From assembly GCA_050246315.1 (NCBI GenBank), contig JBFWWG010000001.1, forward strand, positions 512,001-576,000: a DNA stretch of 64,000 bases, read 5' to 3'. Shown in pieces: positions 9,180 to 18,588 of the stretch. Source of the stretch: Nitrospiraceae bacterium (lineage in GTDB: Bacteria; Nitrospirota; Nitrospiria; Nitrospirales; Nitrospiraceae). Under the pieces are notes generated by a model that was not told where the DNA came from, did no database searches, and was given only the letters and a program-made list of their open reading frames with translations. The number at the start of each line of letters is the position of its first letter. The stretch's first letter is position 1. The position numbers were made by a program, and so were the translations under genes.

Positions 9180-10253
9180 ATGGCCATGATGACGCCGACG
9201 ACGAACATGCGACGAAGCCTTTCGGCGACTTCGCGCGTCATCGACCGGATTCGCCGACGGCGTGCGCGACCCGGCATGATCCTGCTGTACCATCGTATCG
9301 CCGCAGGGGGGCCGGACCCGTGGGGGTTGGCCGTTTCGCCGGCCCAATTCAATGAACATTTGAGCGTGCTGCGTCAATTCGGTGTGCCGATGGGACTCCA
9401 GGAGTTCCTGTCGCGCCGAGCGGAGCGTCATCAGCGGGCCCCGGCCATCGTCGTAACATTCGACGACGGGTTTGCCGACAACCTGACGCAGGCCAAGCCG
9501 CTGCTTCATCGGCACAAGGTGCCGGCCACCGTGTTCGTGACGGCCGGAATGGTCGGGCGAAATCGGGCGTTCTGGTGGGATGAGTTGGAGCAGCGGCTGT
9601 TGCACCCCGGGACGCTTCCTTCGGAGTTGAGGTTGACGATCAACGGAAATGTCCATCGATGGACGTTGGGGCAGACGGCCTGCTATGGGGCGAGCGACGT
9701 GTCCCCCCACCTCTCGTGGCGGGCCTGGGATGCCGCCTGTCCGACCGAACGTCACGTCCTCTATCAGGCTCTGTACGCTCTGTTGTTTCCGCTGGAAGAG
9801 ACGGCGCGCGAGGATATCCTGGATGAGTTGGCCGCTTGGGCCGGCGACTCCTCGTGCGTCGCGCGCGAGACGCATCGCGTCTGTACGCACCAGGAACTAG
9901 TCGAACTCGCCGCCGACGGCGCCATCGAGATCGGCGCGCATGCCTTGACGCACGTGTCGCTCGGCGCACTCAGCCCTCGGCAACAGTGGAGAGAAATCTG
10001 GGAAGGAAAGGCCTTGTTGGAAGGGATCGTGGGACGACCGGTGAGGAGTTTTGCCTTTCCCTTCGGCCGACCGAGCGACTACAGCCGTGAAACCATCGCG
10101 CTGGTACGGGCCGCCGGATTTACCTGCGCTTGCACGACCGCCGGGACAGTGGTGTCGCCGCAGGACGATGCGCTGGAGCTTCCGCGATTCACGGTTCACG
10201 CCAGGGATGGAAAGAGCTTTGCGGCATGGATGCGCGATATTCTCCGGTCCTAG
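9180..10253 (+). CDS. Polysaccharide deacetylase (NodB/CE4)
   Basis: LLYHRI, VTFDDG, EIGAHALTH, FAFPFG, LPRF. Confidence 0.9.
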   Translation: MAMMTPTTNMRRSLSATSRVIDRIRRRRARPGMILLYHRIAAGGPDPWGLAVSPAQFNEHLSVLRQFGVPMGLQEFLSRRAERHQRAPAIVVTFDDGFADNLTQAKPLLHRHKVPATVFVTAGMVGRNRAFWWDELEQRLLHPGTLPSELRLTINGNVHRWTLGQTACYGASDVSPHLSWRAWDAACPTERHVLYQALYALLFPLEETAREDILDELAAWAGDSSCVARETHRVCTHQELVELAADGAIEIGAHALTHVSLGALSPRQQWREIWEGKALLEGIVGRPVRSFAFPFGRPSDYSRETIALVRAAGFTCACTTAGTVVSPQDDALELPRFTVHARDGKSFAAWMRDILRS

Positions 10254-11680
10254 ATTCGAACCCGCTTCCCCCGCCTCGGGGCGAGGCCTCGCGGAAGCCC
10301 GTGATCCCCAACGGAACGGCCGCCGGCAGTCGGTGCGCCATTCCGCCGGCGGAGGTGAGCTTCCAACCCCACTCGTTCGCCGATCCGAGCGGCCGAGTCT
10401 TCCTGTGGAACGGGCACCTGTATCGGGGACTGCGGGGGAACGCCGCGACCCATCTCGGTCGGTTGGTGAGGGAGGGGACCCTCACTCCTTTGGTTGAGCG
10501 TGGACTGTTGATCGAAACGACCATCAAGCCTATGACGCTGGCGGAATATGATCTGATCGTTCAACACAGGCGAGTGCGGGTGGTCTCCTATCCGCAGGAA
10601 TGGTGTCCGGCGATGTTCAAGCGGGCGGTGCGGCACATCGTTGACCTGGCTCTCGAGTTGGCCGGGCACGGGTTGATGCTCAAGGATGCCCATCCGTGGA
10701 ATGTCCTCTATGAGGGAACCGCGCCCGTCTTTATTGATTGGGGATCGATCGTCTCCATCGAGGAATCCGAACCCTGGTCGGGACTCGACGAATTCCATCG
10801 GTTTTGTCTCAACCCGCTCAAATTGATGAGTCGTAATCTGGATCATCTGGCACGCGCCATGCTGCCGACCGATCGAGGCGTCACCGACTCGGATGTGGCG
10901 GCGTTGTGCGGCAACCTTCCGTCTCGCAGGCCGGCGGGTATCCGCGCGCGCCAGCGGCTGGCCCGTCTCACGGAGTCGATCCGAGGCCGGCTGAATCATT
11001 CCGCCGAGCCGCGGCGATGCCTCACCGAGGAGTTGCGGCGGCTGCGAGAGGAAGTGGAACGGGTGCCGGTGCCGGAAGGAGCGGCCTCGACGCACGTTGC
11101 GACACGACAGGATCGGCGGACGGCGAGTGAGGCTCAAGACGAGCGCACGGCGACGTTGCGGCGCGTCATTCGCTCGATCGGTCCTGCCACCATGCTGGCG
11201 ATCGGCGGGCGCGATCTGATGGAGGTGATCACCCCTCCTCCGTGCGAGGCCACCCTGGTCGCATTTGACGCAGACCCCTCTTGGATCACGGATCTCTATC
11301 GACAGGTCGATGAGACGCAGGGAGCAATCCTGCCACTGATCATGGATCTGACCAAGCCGACTCCGTCGATCGGGTGGGGCAGCCATTGGGCGATCGATGC
11401 GCGGGAGCGATTCCGCTCTCAGTTGGTCGTGGCCGCTGACGTCGCCCACTTGGCCAAGGATAGACATTTTGCGATGCCGCTCATTGTGGAGGGGCTTGCG
11501 GCCTTCGCTTCCAGGTGGTTGATCGTGGAATGGACGAACCCGGCCGAGCGTTCGGGCTCGTCGGGAGGGAGGCCGGAGGTCCGTTGCGAAGAATTTGCGG
11601 CGGCGCTGGAAACAGCGTTTAGAGACGTGCGCTGTATCTCCGTTTCTCAGACGACGAGGGTGATCGTATGCGAACGATGA
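10226..11680 (+). CDS. NoeA-like kinase-like/methyltransferase protein
   Basis: SFADPSG, SYPQEW, LKDAHPWNV, FIDWGS and a degenerate SAM-binding C-terminal half. Start uncertain. Confidence 0.7.
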   Translation: MDARYSPVLDSNPLPPPRGEASRKPVIPNGTAAGSRCAIPPAEVSFQPHSFADPSGRVFLWNGHLYRGLRGNAATHLGRLVREGTLTPLVERGLLIETTIKPMTLAEYDLIVQHRRVRVVSYPQEWCPAMFKRAVRHIVDLALELAGHGLMLKDAHPWNVLYEGTAPVFIDWGSIVSIEESEPWSGLDEFHRFCLNPLKLMSRNLDHLARAMLPTDRGVTDSDVAALCGNLPSRRPAGIRARQRLARLTESIRGRLNHSAEPRRCLTEELRRLREEVERVPVPEGAASTHVATRQDRRTASEAQDERTATLRRVIRSIGPATMLAIGGRDLMEVITPPPCEATLVAFDADPSWITDLYRQVDETQGAILPLIMDLTKPTPSIGWGSHWAIDARERFRSQLVVAADVAHLAKDRHFAMPLIVEGLAAFASRWLIVEWTNPAERSGSSGGRPEVRCEEFAAALETAFRDVRCISVSQTTRVIVCER

Positions 11681-12768
11681 CTGTGCCCGAGAGTGCGCTT
11701 CAACCCAGGCTCAGCCTGGTGCGAGGTCGTGTGTCGATCGTCAGCATCTTTTTGAATGAGGTGAGATTTCTCGCCGAAGCGATTGACAGCGTGCTGGCCC
11801 AGACGTACGGCGATTGGGAACTCCTGCTTGTTGACGACGGGTCGACGGATGCGAGCACGGAGATTGCCAAGTGGTATGCGGCCTTGTATCCGGAGAATAT
11901 TCGATATCTTGAGCATCCGGGCCACGCGAATCGCGGGATGAGCGCGTCCCGGAATCTGGGACTGGTGCATGCGCGGGGCGAGTTCATGCTGTTCCTGGAC
12001 GGAGATGATGTGGTGGCTCCCACCGCGCTGGAGGATCAGGTGACCTTCATGGAAGCGTACCCGCACGTGGGAACCGTCTACGGCCCCATGCGGTTGTGGC
12101 GCAGTTGGGACGAGTCGTCTCAGGAGACGAGCGAAGCCGTGGACAGAACGAGCGATTTGTACTTGGAGCCCGACCGTGTTCATGACCAAGTCACCGTGCT
12201 GACGACATTCCTCTGTAATGAGGATGCCGTGCCTTCCGGTAACCTGATGCGAACCGAGCTGATTAGGAAACTCGGCGGATTCGAGGAGGAATTTACCGGG
12301 ATGTACGAGGATCAGGTCTTTCGAGTCAAGCTGTGCCATGTGGCGCCGGCGTATGTCTCCAGTCGAAGTTGGTATTACTATCGCAAGCACGCGCATTCCT
12401 GTTGCGCCGTGATGATCGGCGAGGGACGGGTCGCGGCGGCGCGCGCGCGCTTCTTGCGCTGGGTCAGGACCTATTGCCACCGCTCCAATGTGGCGGATCC
12501 ACGGATCCGTCGTGTGCTCAATCGGGCCCTTCGTCCGTATCACTATCCGCGACTCACCGGGTGGCAGTCGAGCTGGGAGTCTCTCACTCGACGGTGGGCG
12601 TGGCGTTTCTCGGACGGCGCCTGGCGCCTGGTACAGGCGCTGACGCCGAGGCCGCTGTGGGCGTTCGGGAGGGATATCGTGCGAACGATGTATCCTCGGC
12701 GTGAGAGCGTGTCCCCGAATGCCGGGCGGGCGGGGTTCGCCTCCGTGAGCGCAGTCAAGATGCGTTGA
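11668..12768 (+). CDS. Glycosyltransferase family 2
   Basis: AIDSVLAQT, VDDGSTD, SRNLG, FLDGDD, YEDQ. Confidence 0.92.
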   Translation: MRTMTVPESALQPRLSLVRGRVSIVSIFLNEVRFLAEAIDSVLAQTYGDWELLLVDDGSTDASTEIAKWYAALYPENIRYLEHPGHANRGMSASRNLGLVHARGEFMLFLDGDDVVAPTALEDQVTFMEAYPHVGTVYGPMRLWRSWDESSQETSEAVDRTSDLYLEPDRVHDQVTVLTTFLCNEDAVPSGNLMRTELIRKLGGFEEEFTGMYEDQVFRVKLCHVAPAYVSSRSWYYYRKHAHSCCAVMIGEGRVAAARARFLRWVRTYCHRSNVADPRIRRVLNRALRPYHYPRLTGWQSSWESLTRRWAWRFSDGAWRLVQALTPRPLWAFGRDIVRTMYPRRESVSPNAGRAGFASVSAVKMR

Positions 12769-12813
12769 GCGAATGACGAGGGCTGTGGAGTGGAGGTTGG
12801 TCGATTGCGCCGG

Positions 12814-14112
12814 TCAACTCGCGGTCGATGAGAGGGTGTGGAAGGCTTGCCGAGCGGCTTTGACGGTCTTCGCGATGTCCGCCGGAGTATGAGCGGTCGA
12901 GAGGAAGGCGGCCTCGAACTGGGATGGGGCCAAATACACGCCCTGTTCCAGCATGGCTTGGAAGAACTTCGCGTAGCGGCCCGTATCCGACAGTTTGGCC
13001 GTCGCCCAATCCACGACCGGTCCTTTGGTGAAGAACGCGCCCATCATCGACCCGACCCGCGTTTGGTAGAGATCCACCCCGGCCTTCTTCGCTTCCGCGC
13101 CTAAGGCGGCTGTCAGCGCGGCGGACTGCTTCTCCAGTTTGCTGTAGATTCCGCGGGTCTTGAGTTGTTTCAACGTTTCGATTCCCGCTGTCACCGCCAA
13201 CGGATTGCCCGATAACGTGCCGGCCTGATAGACCGGCCCGGCCGGTGCGATCAGGTTCATGATGTCGGCCCGCCCTCCATAGGCGCCGACCGGCAACCCT
13301 CCGCCGATGATCTTGCCGAGAATCGTCAAGTCCGGCTTGATGCCATAGAGGGTCTGCGCCCCGCCGTACTGCACGCGAAACCCCGAGATCACTTCATCGA
13401 AGATCAGCAGGATCTCGTGCCTCCTGGTTAGCTCGCGCAGCGTAGGTAGAAAATCCGGCGCCGGCGGCACGACTCCCATGTTGCCGGCAATCGGTTCGAT
13501 GATCACACAGGCCAACTGTTTCCCATGTTGCTTGATCAATTCCGCGGTGGCGCGGAGATCGTTGTACGGCGCCGTGAGCGTGTGCTTGGTGAAATCAGCC
13601 GGCACGCCGGGGCTGTCCGGGATGCCGAGCGTCGCGAGCCCGGAGCCGGCCTTCGCCAGCAGCGAGTCGCTGTGGCCGTGGTAGCAGCCTTCGAATTTCA
13701 GGACGCCGTCTCGTTTGGTGAAGGCGCGGGCGACGCGGATCGCGCTCATCACCGCTTCCGTGCCCGAACTCACGAGCCGCACCTTTTCCATCGATGGAAG
13801 CGCATCGTGAATCATTCGGGCCAGCCGGACTTCCAATTCGGTCGGCGCGCCATAGCTGGTGCCTTGTTTGGCGGCGCGGCTGAGGGCGGAGACGATCGGA
13901 TTCGGCGCATGGCCGAGAATCATCGGCCCCCAGGAGAGCACATAGTCGATGTAGCGGTTTCCGTCCGCGTCGTAGAGATAGGCGCCCTTGGCGCGAGCGA
14001 TGAACCGCGGTTGTCCGCCAACGGAGCGGAAGGCGCGTACGGGGCTGTTCACTCCGCCGGGAATGAGCTGTTGCGCGGCCTCGAAGAGGGCTTGTGATTT
14101 GGTCGTCTTCAT
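12814..14112 (-). CDS. hemL: Glutamate-1-semialdehyde 2,1-aminomutase
   Basis: PGGVNSPVRAF, SGTEA, FEGCYHGH, FDEVISGFR, LGKIIGGG, YQAGTLSGNP, PSQFE. Confidence 0.97.
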   Translation of the reverse strand: MKTTKSQALFEAAQQLIPGGVNSPVRAFRSVGGQPRFIARAKGAYLYDADGNRYIDYVLSWGPMILGHAPNPIVSALSRAAKQGTSYGAPTELEVRLARMIHDALPSMEKVRLVSSGTEAVMSAIRVARAFTKRDGVLKFEGCYHGHSDSLLAKAGSGLATLGIPDSPGVPADFTKHTLTAPYNDLRATAELIKQHGKQLACVIIEPIAGNMGVVPPAPDFLPTLRELTRRHEILLIFDEVISGFRVQYGGAQTLYGIKPDLTILGKIIGGGLPVGAYGGRADIMNLIAPAGPVYQAGTLSGNPLAVTAGIETLKQLKTRGIYSKLEKQSAALTAALGAEAKKAGVDLYQTRVGSMMGAFFTKGPVVDWATAKLSDTGRYAKFFQAMLEQGVYLAPSQFEAAFLSTAHTPADIAKTVKAARQAFHTLSSTAS

Positions 14113-14232
14113 CTCAAAATTCCGGCACCGTAGCATGGGCGGTTTCAGGGAATCAAGCAGGACGACTGCGTGTCCGAATCGGACGATGCGTCGGGAGTGG
14201 TGGAAATTCAGCTTCCAAAAGGGTTGAGCGAC

Positions 14233-14281
14233 GACCGGCCGGCAAGACCGGCCGGCAAGACCGTCCGGCAAGACCGTCCGG
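14233..14281. repeat. 13-bp tandem repeat GACCG[GT]CCGGCAA, about 4 copies
   Basis: Directly visible upstream of hemL. Confidence 0.85.
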
Positions 14282-14533
14282 ATGTCCGTCACCAGGAGAA
14301 GTCGGACGTGGCGGTGGCCTGGGTGCAGCAGTATGTCAGTCGAGCTGCACCGACCCCGTCATCCTGGGCAGGAAGGCCTAGGTAAGAGACCCTGGGATCC
14401 GAGCGAAATCGTGCGATTTCGCTCGGCGGAACCATACATTCCTTCACCCGTCTATCAGAGTAATTCAGGCTGTTCAATGCGACCCAGCCCAAAACTCCGC
14501 GAAAACAACTGTAAATGACAGCCCAGGCTCTCC

Positions 14534-14549
14534 AGGCCCGAGATTTGCT
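14534..14549 (+). promoter_or_regulatory. Possible sigma54 promoter
   Basis: AGGCCC-N5-TTGCT (GG-N10-GC spacing) just upstream of the 14586 ORF. Confidence 0.4.
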
Positions 14550-14585
14550 GAATACTGCTGCCAATACCGGAAGGGAGCACCGATC

Positions 14586-14831
14586 ATGTTGCTTGTGTGT
14601 GCCTGGTGTGAGCGGGAGGGGCGGATGGCGTTGATCGGCGAGACCAGTCCGTTCAACGACCCGCGAACCACTCACGGAATTTGCTGGATGCACGTCAGGA
14701 CCTACCTGCAGAACTGCGACCACGACACCGACCAGAGGTGTCCGTTGGTCCCCGTTGGAGTAAGTGAAAGGCTGACCGAACAGGAAATCGAAACGAGCAC
14801 AGGACGCGAGGACCGCTGGCCTCGGTCGTAG
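14586..14831 (+). CDS. Small putative Zn-binding protein (CAWC...HGICxxH), paralogue 1
   Basis: MLLVCAWCEREG...THGICWMH; RBS GGGAG; homologous to the 15042 ORF. Confidence 0.75.
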   Translation: MLLVCAWCEREGRMALIGETSPFNDPRTTHGICWMHVRTYLQNCDHDTDQRCPLVPVGVSERLTEQEIETSTGREDRWPRS

Positions 14832-15041
14832 ACAGTTTGTCCAACCGGAAAGATACAGTCGTCCGTCAGATCGGATACAGGTCTCTGGTCCGTCCTGGGT
14901 TCAGACAGACAAGACATTGATAACTCATGGAGTTTTCAACGGACAGAAGGCGGTCTGTAACTTGCACAAGCTTACGAGCCTAAGACGGCATGATGAGATT
15001 GCACACGAAAGAATCGTGACGACAGAATCTAGGACCCATTC

Positions 15042-15242
15042 ATGAAAGTCGTTTGTGCCTGGTGTCAACGAGAAGGGAAACCGGGGTTGATTCGTGAGAT
15101 CTATCCGTGGGTCGATCAGCGTGTCAGCCATGGGATTTGTCTGCCACACTTTGAGGTCTATTCCGCCAGGCTCCGAGCTGGGTTGAAGCGTGTGTATTTG
15201 GTCGAGGGACAGCTCCGCTCCGATCCCTCCGCGGTCGGGTGA
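15042..15242 (+). CDS. Small putative Zn-binding protein (CAWC...HGICxxH), paralogue 2
   Basis: MKVVCAWCQREG...SHGICLPH. Confidence 0.75.
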   Translation: MKVVCAWCQREGKPGLIREIYPWVDQRVSHGICLPHFEVYSARLRAGLKRVYLVEGQLRSDPSAVG

Positions 15243-15368
15243 GGCGCCTCGACGGGTCACGAGCGCGACAGATCCACGTGAGGAGGAATCCCAACGGCCT
15301 CGTCGGAGTCCCCGGCGAGGCCGTTGTCTGTCAGCTCAGAGTTCCTGCCCGCTCAATCCACGACTCCA

Positions 15369-15779
15369 TTATCCGAGCTTTCCGCGCAGGAGACTCAGAC
15401 CCTGTTCCAGGAAATTGGATTCGGGCACCGTTCCTTCCGGCGTCAACTTGTCCACGAGTGTGGGAAGCAGGCTCGACAACTGGCTGCTGCAGGCCTCCTG
15501 GGAAAGTCCGGTACCGGCGGACAATTGTTGCAGGAATTGGCTCCCCAACCCCTGCTTGATCTGCTCGGCACTGATGGGAAGGTTGGCACCGGTGCTCACC
15601 CAGGAGTTGACGATCTCCGAGAGCCCGCTCTTTTGAAAAGCCTGGATCAGCCCGCTCAAGCCGCCGATGTTGCTGTCCTTCCCCAGGAGTTGTGTCATGG
15701 CTTGGAGTAACTGATCGTTTTTCTCACCGCCTTGGCTGAACAACGATGCCGCCTGTGCCAGTTGATCAAATAGTCCCAT
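15369..15779 (-). CDS. YidB/DUF937 family protein
   Basis: GGLSGLIQAFQKSGL, VNSWVSTGANLPIS, LPTLVDKLTPEG. Confidence 0.9.
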   Translation of the reverse strand: MGLFDQLAQAASLFSQGGEKNDQLLQAMTQLLGKDSNIGGLSGLIQAFQKSGLSEIVNSWVSTGANLPISAEQIKQGLGSQFLQQLSAGTGLSQEACSSQLSSLLPTLVDKLTPEGTVPESNFLEQGLSLLRGKLG

Positions 15780-15854
15780 GGGAACCCCCTTTCCGCCGGT
15801 CGGTTTTTCTCGTGCCACGTGGGGCCCGACTCTACCAAGCCGGGCCATGCTCTG

Positions 15855-16328
15855 TCATCGCCCCTTCCAGAGTGGCAGGCTCCAGCGTCGGCGGGCTGAT
15901 TTGCCCTCTTCCGTCGCGACGCAGACGGTGTGGAACGGTTTGGAGACGCGGCCGGCTTCTTCCGCGGCCCAGTAGACGCTGGCCGAGCGCAGGATGCTGA
16001 TGAAGGTGCGATAGTCCTTGTCCGCCCCTGCAAGCAGCGCCTCCGCCCGCTCAATCACTAACAGATGGCCCGTACCGGCCACCCATGAGAGGTCGCAAAG
16101 GCATTCTTCCAATGCATCCCAGTTTTCGCCGAAGTAGTCGGGGAAGGCCAGCGTGCGGGCGATTTCCCGGAGCAACCCGTCCTTCGTCCGACAGGCTTGG
16201 CCGTCGAGAGTTTTCATCGTGAGATCGCTTGGTGGCCTGAGCCGCGCCATCGCCGTCTGGTCCGGCTTGAGCACGAGCAGGTAGACCCACGGAGGCGTAA
16301 GAGATTGCAAGCGATGACGCGTCGGCAT
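15855..16328 (-). CDS. Barstar-family RNase inhibitor
   Basis: FPDYFGENWDALEECLCDL signature. Confidence 0.9.
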   Translation of the reverse strand: MPTRHRLQSLTPPWVYLLVLKPDQTAMARLRPPSDLTMKTLDGQACRTKDGLLREIARTLAFPDYFGENWDALEECLCDLSWVAGTGHLLVIERAEALLAGADKDYRTFISILRSASVYWAAEEAGRVSKPFHTVCVATEEGKSARRRWSLPLWKGR

Positions 16329-16335
16329 CAGGACC

Positions 16336-16740
16336 TCAATGCATCGGAATAAAGGTTCGATAATGGTCGCCGGTGTAGTAGGCCTTGCCGCTGCGTTGAT
16401 CCACCACGATGCGCTCGGCTCCACGATTTCTGCCCGGCACGAACGGATGAACATCGTATTCGCGGTACCGGCCCGAAGGTAATCGCCGCTCGCGGTTCAT
16501 GAACGTCCTTCCTCCGACATAGCCGGGAGGCGGTTTGCCACGGTTCTGTTGGATGACGGCCAGCACCTCGTAAGCCGTCTCCGGCACACCCTCCACCCGC
16601 CGGTCGTGCGATGAAGCAGCGGCTTCAATCGATGTCGGCGGTTCCGGAAGAACCGGCCCCGCGCCCGCTAGATCGCCGTACCATCCGACGATCAACAGGA
16701 TTACCGCTAGGACCGATCGGAACAGAGAAGTCGATGTCAT
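16336..16740 (-). CDS. Secreted guanyl-specific ribonuclease (barnase/RNase Sa family)
   Basis: GGRTFMNRERRLP, YREYDV, RGAERIV, YYTGDHYRTF; signal peptide. Confidence 0.92.
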   Translation of the reverse strand: MTSTSLFRSVLAVILLIVGWYGDLAGAGPVLPEPPTSIEAAASSHDRRVEGVPETAYEVLAVIQQNRGKPPPGYVGGRTFMNRERRLPSGRYREYDVHPFVPGRNRGAERIVVDQRSGKAYYTGDHYRTFIPMH

Positions 16741-16839
16741 GGACTAGCTGTCGGTTACAATCGTGTTCATGCCAGAAGCACCGTAGCACTTCGCCACGAA
16801 TTGACACAATGAGTCGGGGCACTCAGCGGATCGCATTCA

Positions 16840-16868
16840 TTGCGACCCCCGGACCCCTCTGTTAGAAT
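16840..16868 (+). promoter_or_regulatory. Putative sigma70 promoter for pyk
   Basis: TTGCGA-N17-TAGAAT with an upstream TG. Confidence 0.5.
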
Positions 16869-16885
16869 CTCCTCGAACGTCATTA

Positions 16886-17095
16886 GCCCACATTATTCAT
16901 GACGGTTCGTGACGAAACTGCCTGGACGCCACGCGAGACGGGCACGCGGAGCTGTGAGGAAGGGAGGCATACTTGAAACAGTATGTCGACCGACCGAGCG
17001 GCGAGCCTGCCCGCTTGGGTGCGGGAAACCAGCAGCCACGCTTGTCGCAGCGGCGTATCGGCGGTTGCAGTAGAAGCGTTCATGAATAATGTGGG
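16886..17095. mobile_element. MITE family A
   Basis: TIRs GCCCACATTATTCATGA / TCATGAATAATGTGGG; homologous to 5107-5471 and to the end fragment at ~24178-24210. Confidence 0.8.
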
Positions 17096-17136
17096 TGAAC
17101 TCCCGCCCGCACCTTCGTGCCGGCCTATTCAATCAC

Positions 17137-18588
17137 ATGCGCAAAGCGAAGATCGTCTGCACAATCGGACCGGCGAGCCGCTCGGTTGCAACCCTGGAAC
17201 AATTAATCGACCACGGGATGGACGTGGCGCGGTTGAATTTCTCTCACGGCACATCGGAGCAGCATGCCGCTACGATCGCTCTCATCCGTCAAGCGGCTGC
17301 TCATCGGGGGCGAGCCATCGCCATTCTCCAGGATCTACAGGGACCGCGCATCCGGCTGGGTCTGCTGCCGCCGGAAGGCGTCGAGCTGCGGCCTGACCAG
17401 CGGGTGCGATTGGTCGGCTTGGCCCTGCGTTCCGGTGGACAGCATGGCTACCAGGCGAGCAGGACCGTGCCCGAAATCCAGATTCCGGTCACGTATCCGA
17501 ATCTGAGCCGTGATGTGAAGCCGGGCGCGAGGATTCTCATCGACGACGGCTTGATCGAATTGCGCGCGCTGACGGTCGAGTCATCGGATGTGCTCTGCAC
17601 CGTCGTTACGCCGGGCCTGGTGCACTCCAATAAAGGGATGAATCTGCCGGGCACCGCAATCAGCGCGGCGACATTGACCGACCGAGATCGGGAGCACATT
17701 CGATTCGGGGTCCAACAGGGCCTGGATTATCTCGCGCTGTCGTTTGTGCGGGGGCCCGCCGATATTGTGGAAGCGCGCTCTCTCCTGAAGGAGTGTGGCG
17801 GCGATCAGCCGATCATCGCCAAGATCGAACGGGCCGATGCCGTCGAGAAGCTGGACGCGATTCTTGAGCAGGCGGACGGCGTCATGATTGCGCGTGGCGA
17901 CCTGGGGGTCGAGATGGGGCCCGAGGTTGTGCCTATTCTGCAGAAGCGCATCATCAGCCAAGCCAACCGACGCCGCCGGCTCGTCATCACGGCCACGCAG
18001 ATGCTGGAATCAATGACACGGAGTCCCAGGCCAACAAGGGCGGAGGCCTCGGACGTAGCGAATGCGGTGTTTGACGGCACGGACGCGGTGATGCTCTCGG
18101 CCGAAACCGCAATCGGGCAGTATCCGGTCGAAGCGGTACGGGTGATGGACCGCATCGTACGGACGGCGGAGGTGGAGACCGGGCCGAGGTTCGTACGCCG
18201 CGCGCAGCCGGATCAGGGTCGGGTGTCCGTTCCAGAGGCCATTTCGACCTCGGCCTTCACGGCGGCCGCGGCCATCGGCGCCAGTGCGATCGTCGTCTTC
18301 AGCGAGAAGGGGATGACGGCCCGGCTCGTGTCGAAGCAGCGTCCGGCCGCCCCGATCATCGCATTCACGCCCTTCGAGGTGGTCCGGCAGCGGATGGCGC
18401 TCTATTGGGGTGTCGTGCCTCACACGATGGTCCAAATTGAGCATACCGACGAGCGCATCTCCGAGGCCGAGCGCCGCTTGAAAGAGGAAGGATTGGCAAA
18501 GTCCGGCCAACGCATCGTGATCCTGTCCGGGACAAGAATCGGATGGCCGGGCGGAACGAATTTGATGAAGTTGCACGAGGTGGGATGA
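17137..18588 (+). CDS. pyk: Pyruvate kinase
   Basis: KIVCTIGP, RLNFSHG, IIAKIE, MIARGDLG, ATQMLESM, DGTDAVMLS. Confidence 0.97.
   Translation: MRKAKIVCTIGPASRSVATLEQLIDHGMDVARLNFSHGTSEQHAATIALIRQAAAHRGRAIAILQDLQGPRIRLGLLPPEGVELRPDQRVRLVGLALRSGGQHGYQASRTVPEIQIPVTYPNLSRDVKPGARILIDDGLIELRALTVESSDVLCTVVTPGLVHSNKGMNLPGTAISAATLTDRDREHIRFGVQQGLDYLALSFVRGPADIVEARSLLKECGGDQPIIAKIERADAVEKLDAILEQADGVMIARGDLGVEMGPEVVPILQKRIISQANRRRRLVITATQMLESMTRSPRPTRAEASDVANAVFDGTDAVMLSAETAIGQYPVEAVRVMDRIVRTAEVETGPRFVRRAQPDQGRVSVPEAISTSAFTAAAAIGASAIVVFSEKGMTARLVSKQRPAAPIIAFTPFEVVRQRMALYWGVVPHTMVQIEHTDERISEAERRLKEEGLAKSGQRIVILSGTRIGWPGGTNLMKLHEVG

Noticed and set aside
14113..14292. N-terminal extension of HemL
   Set aside because: Homology starts at MKTTKS, and the extension crosses the tandem repeat.
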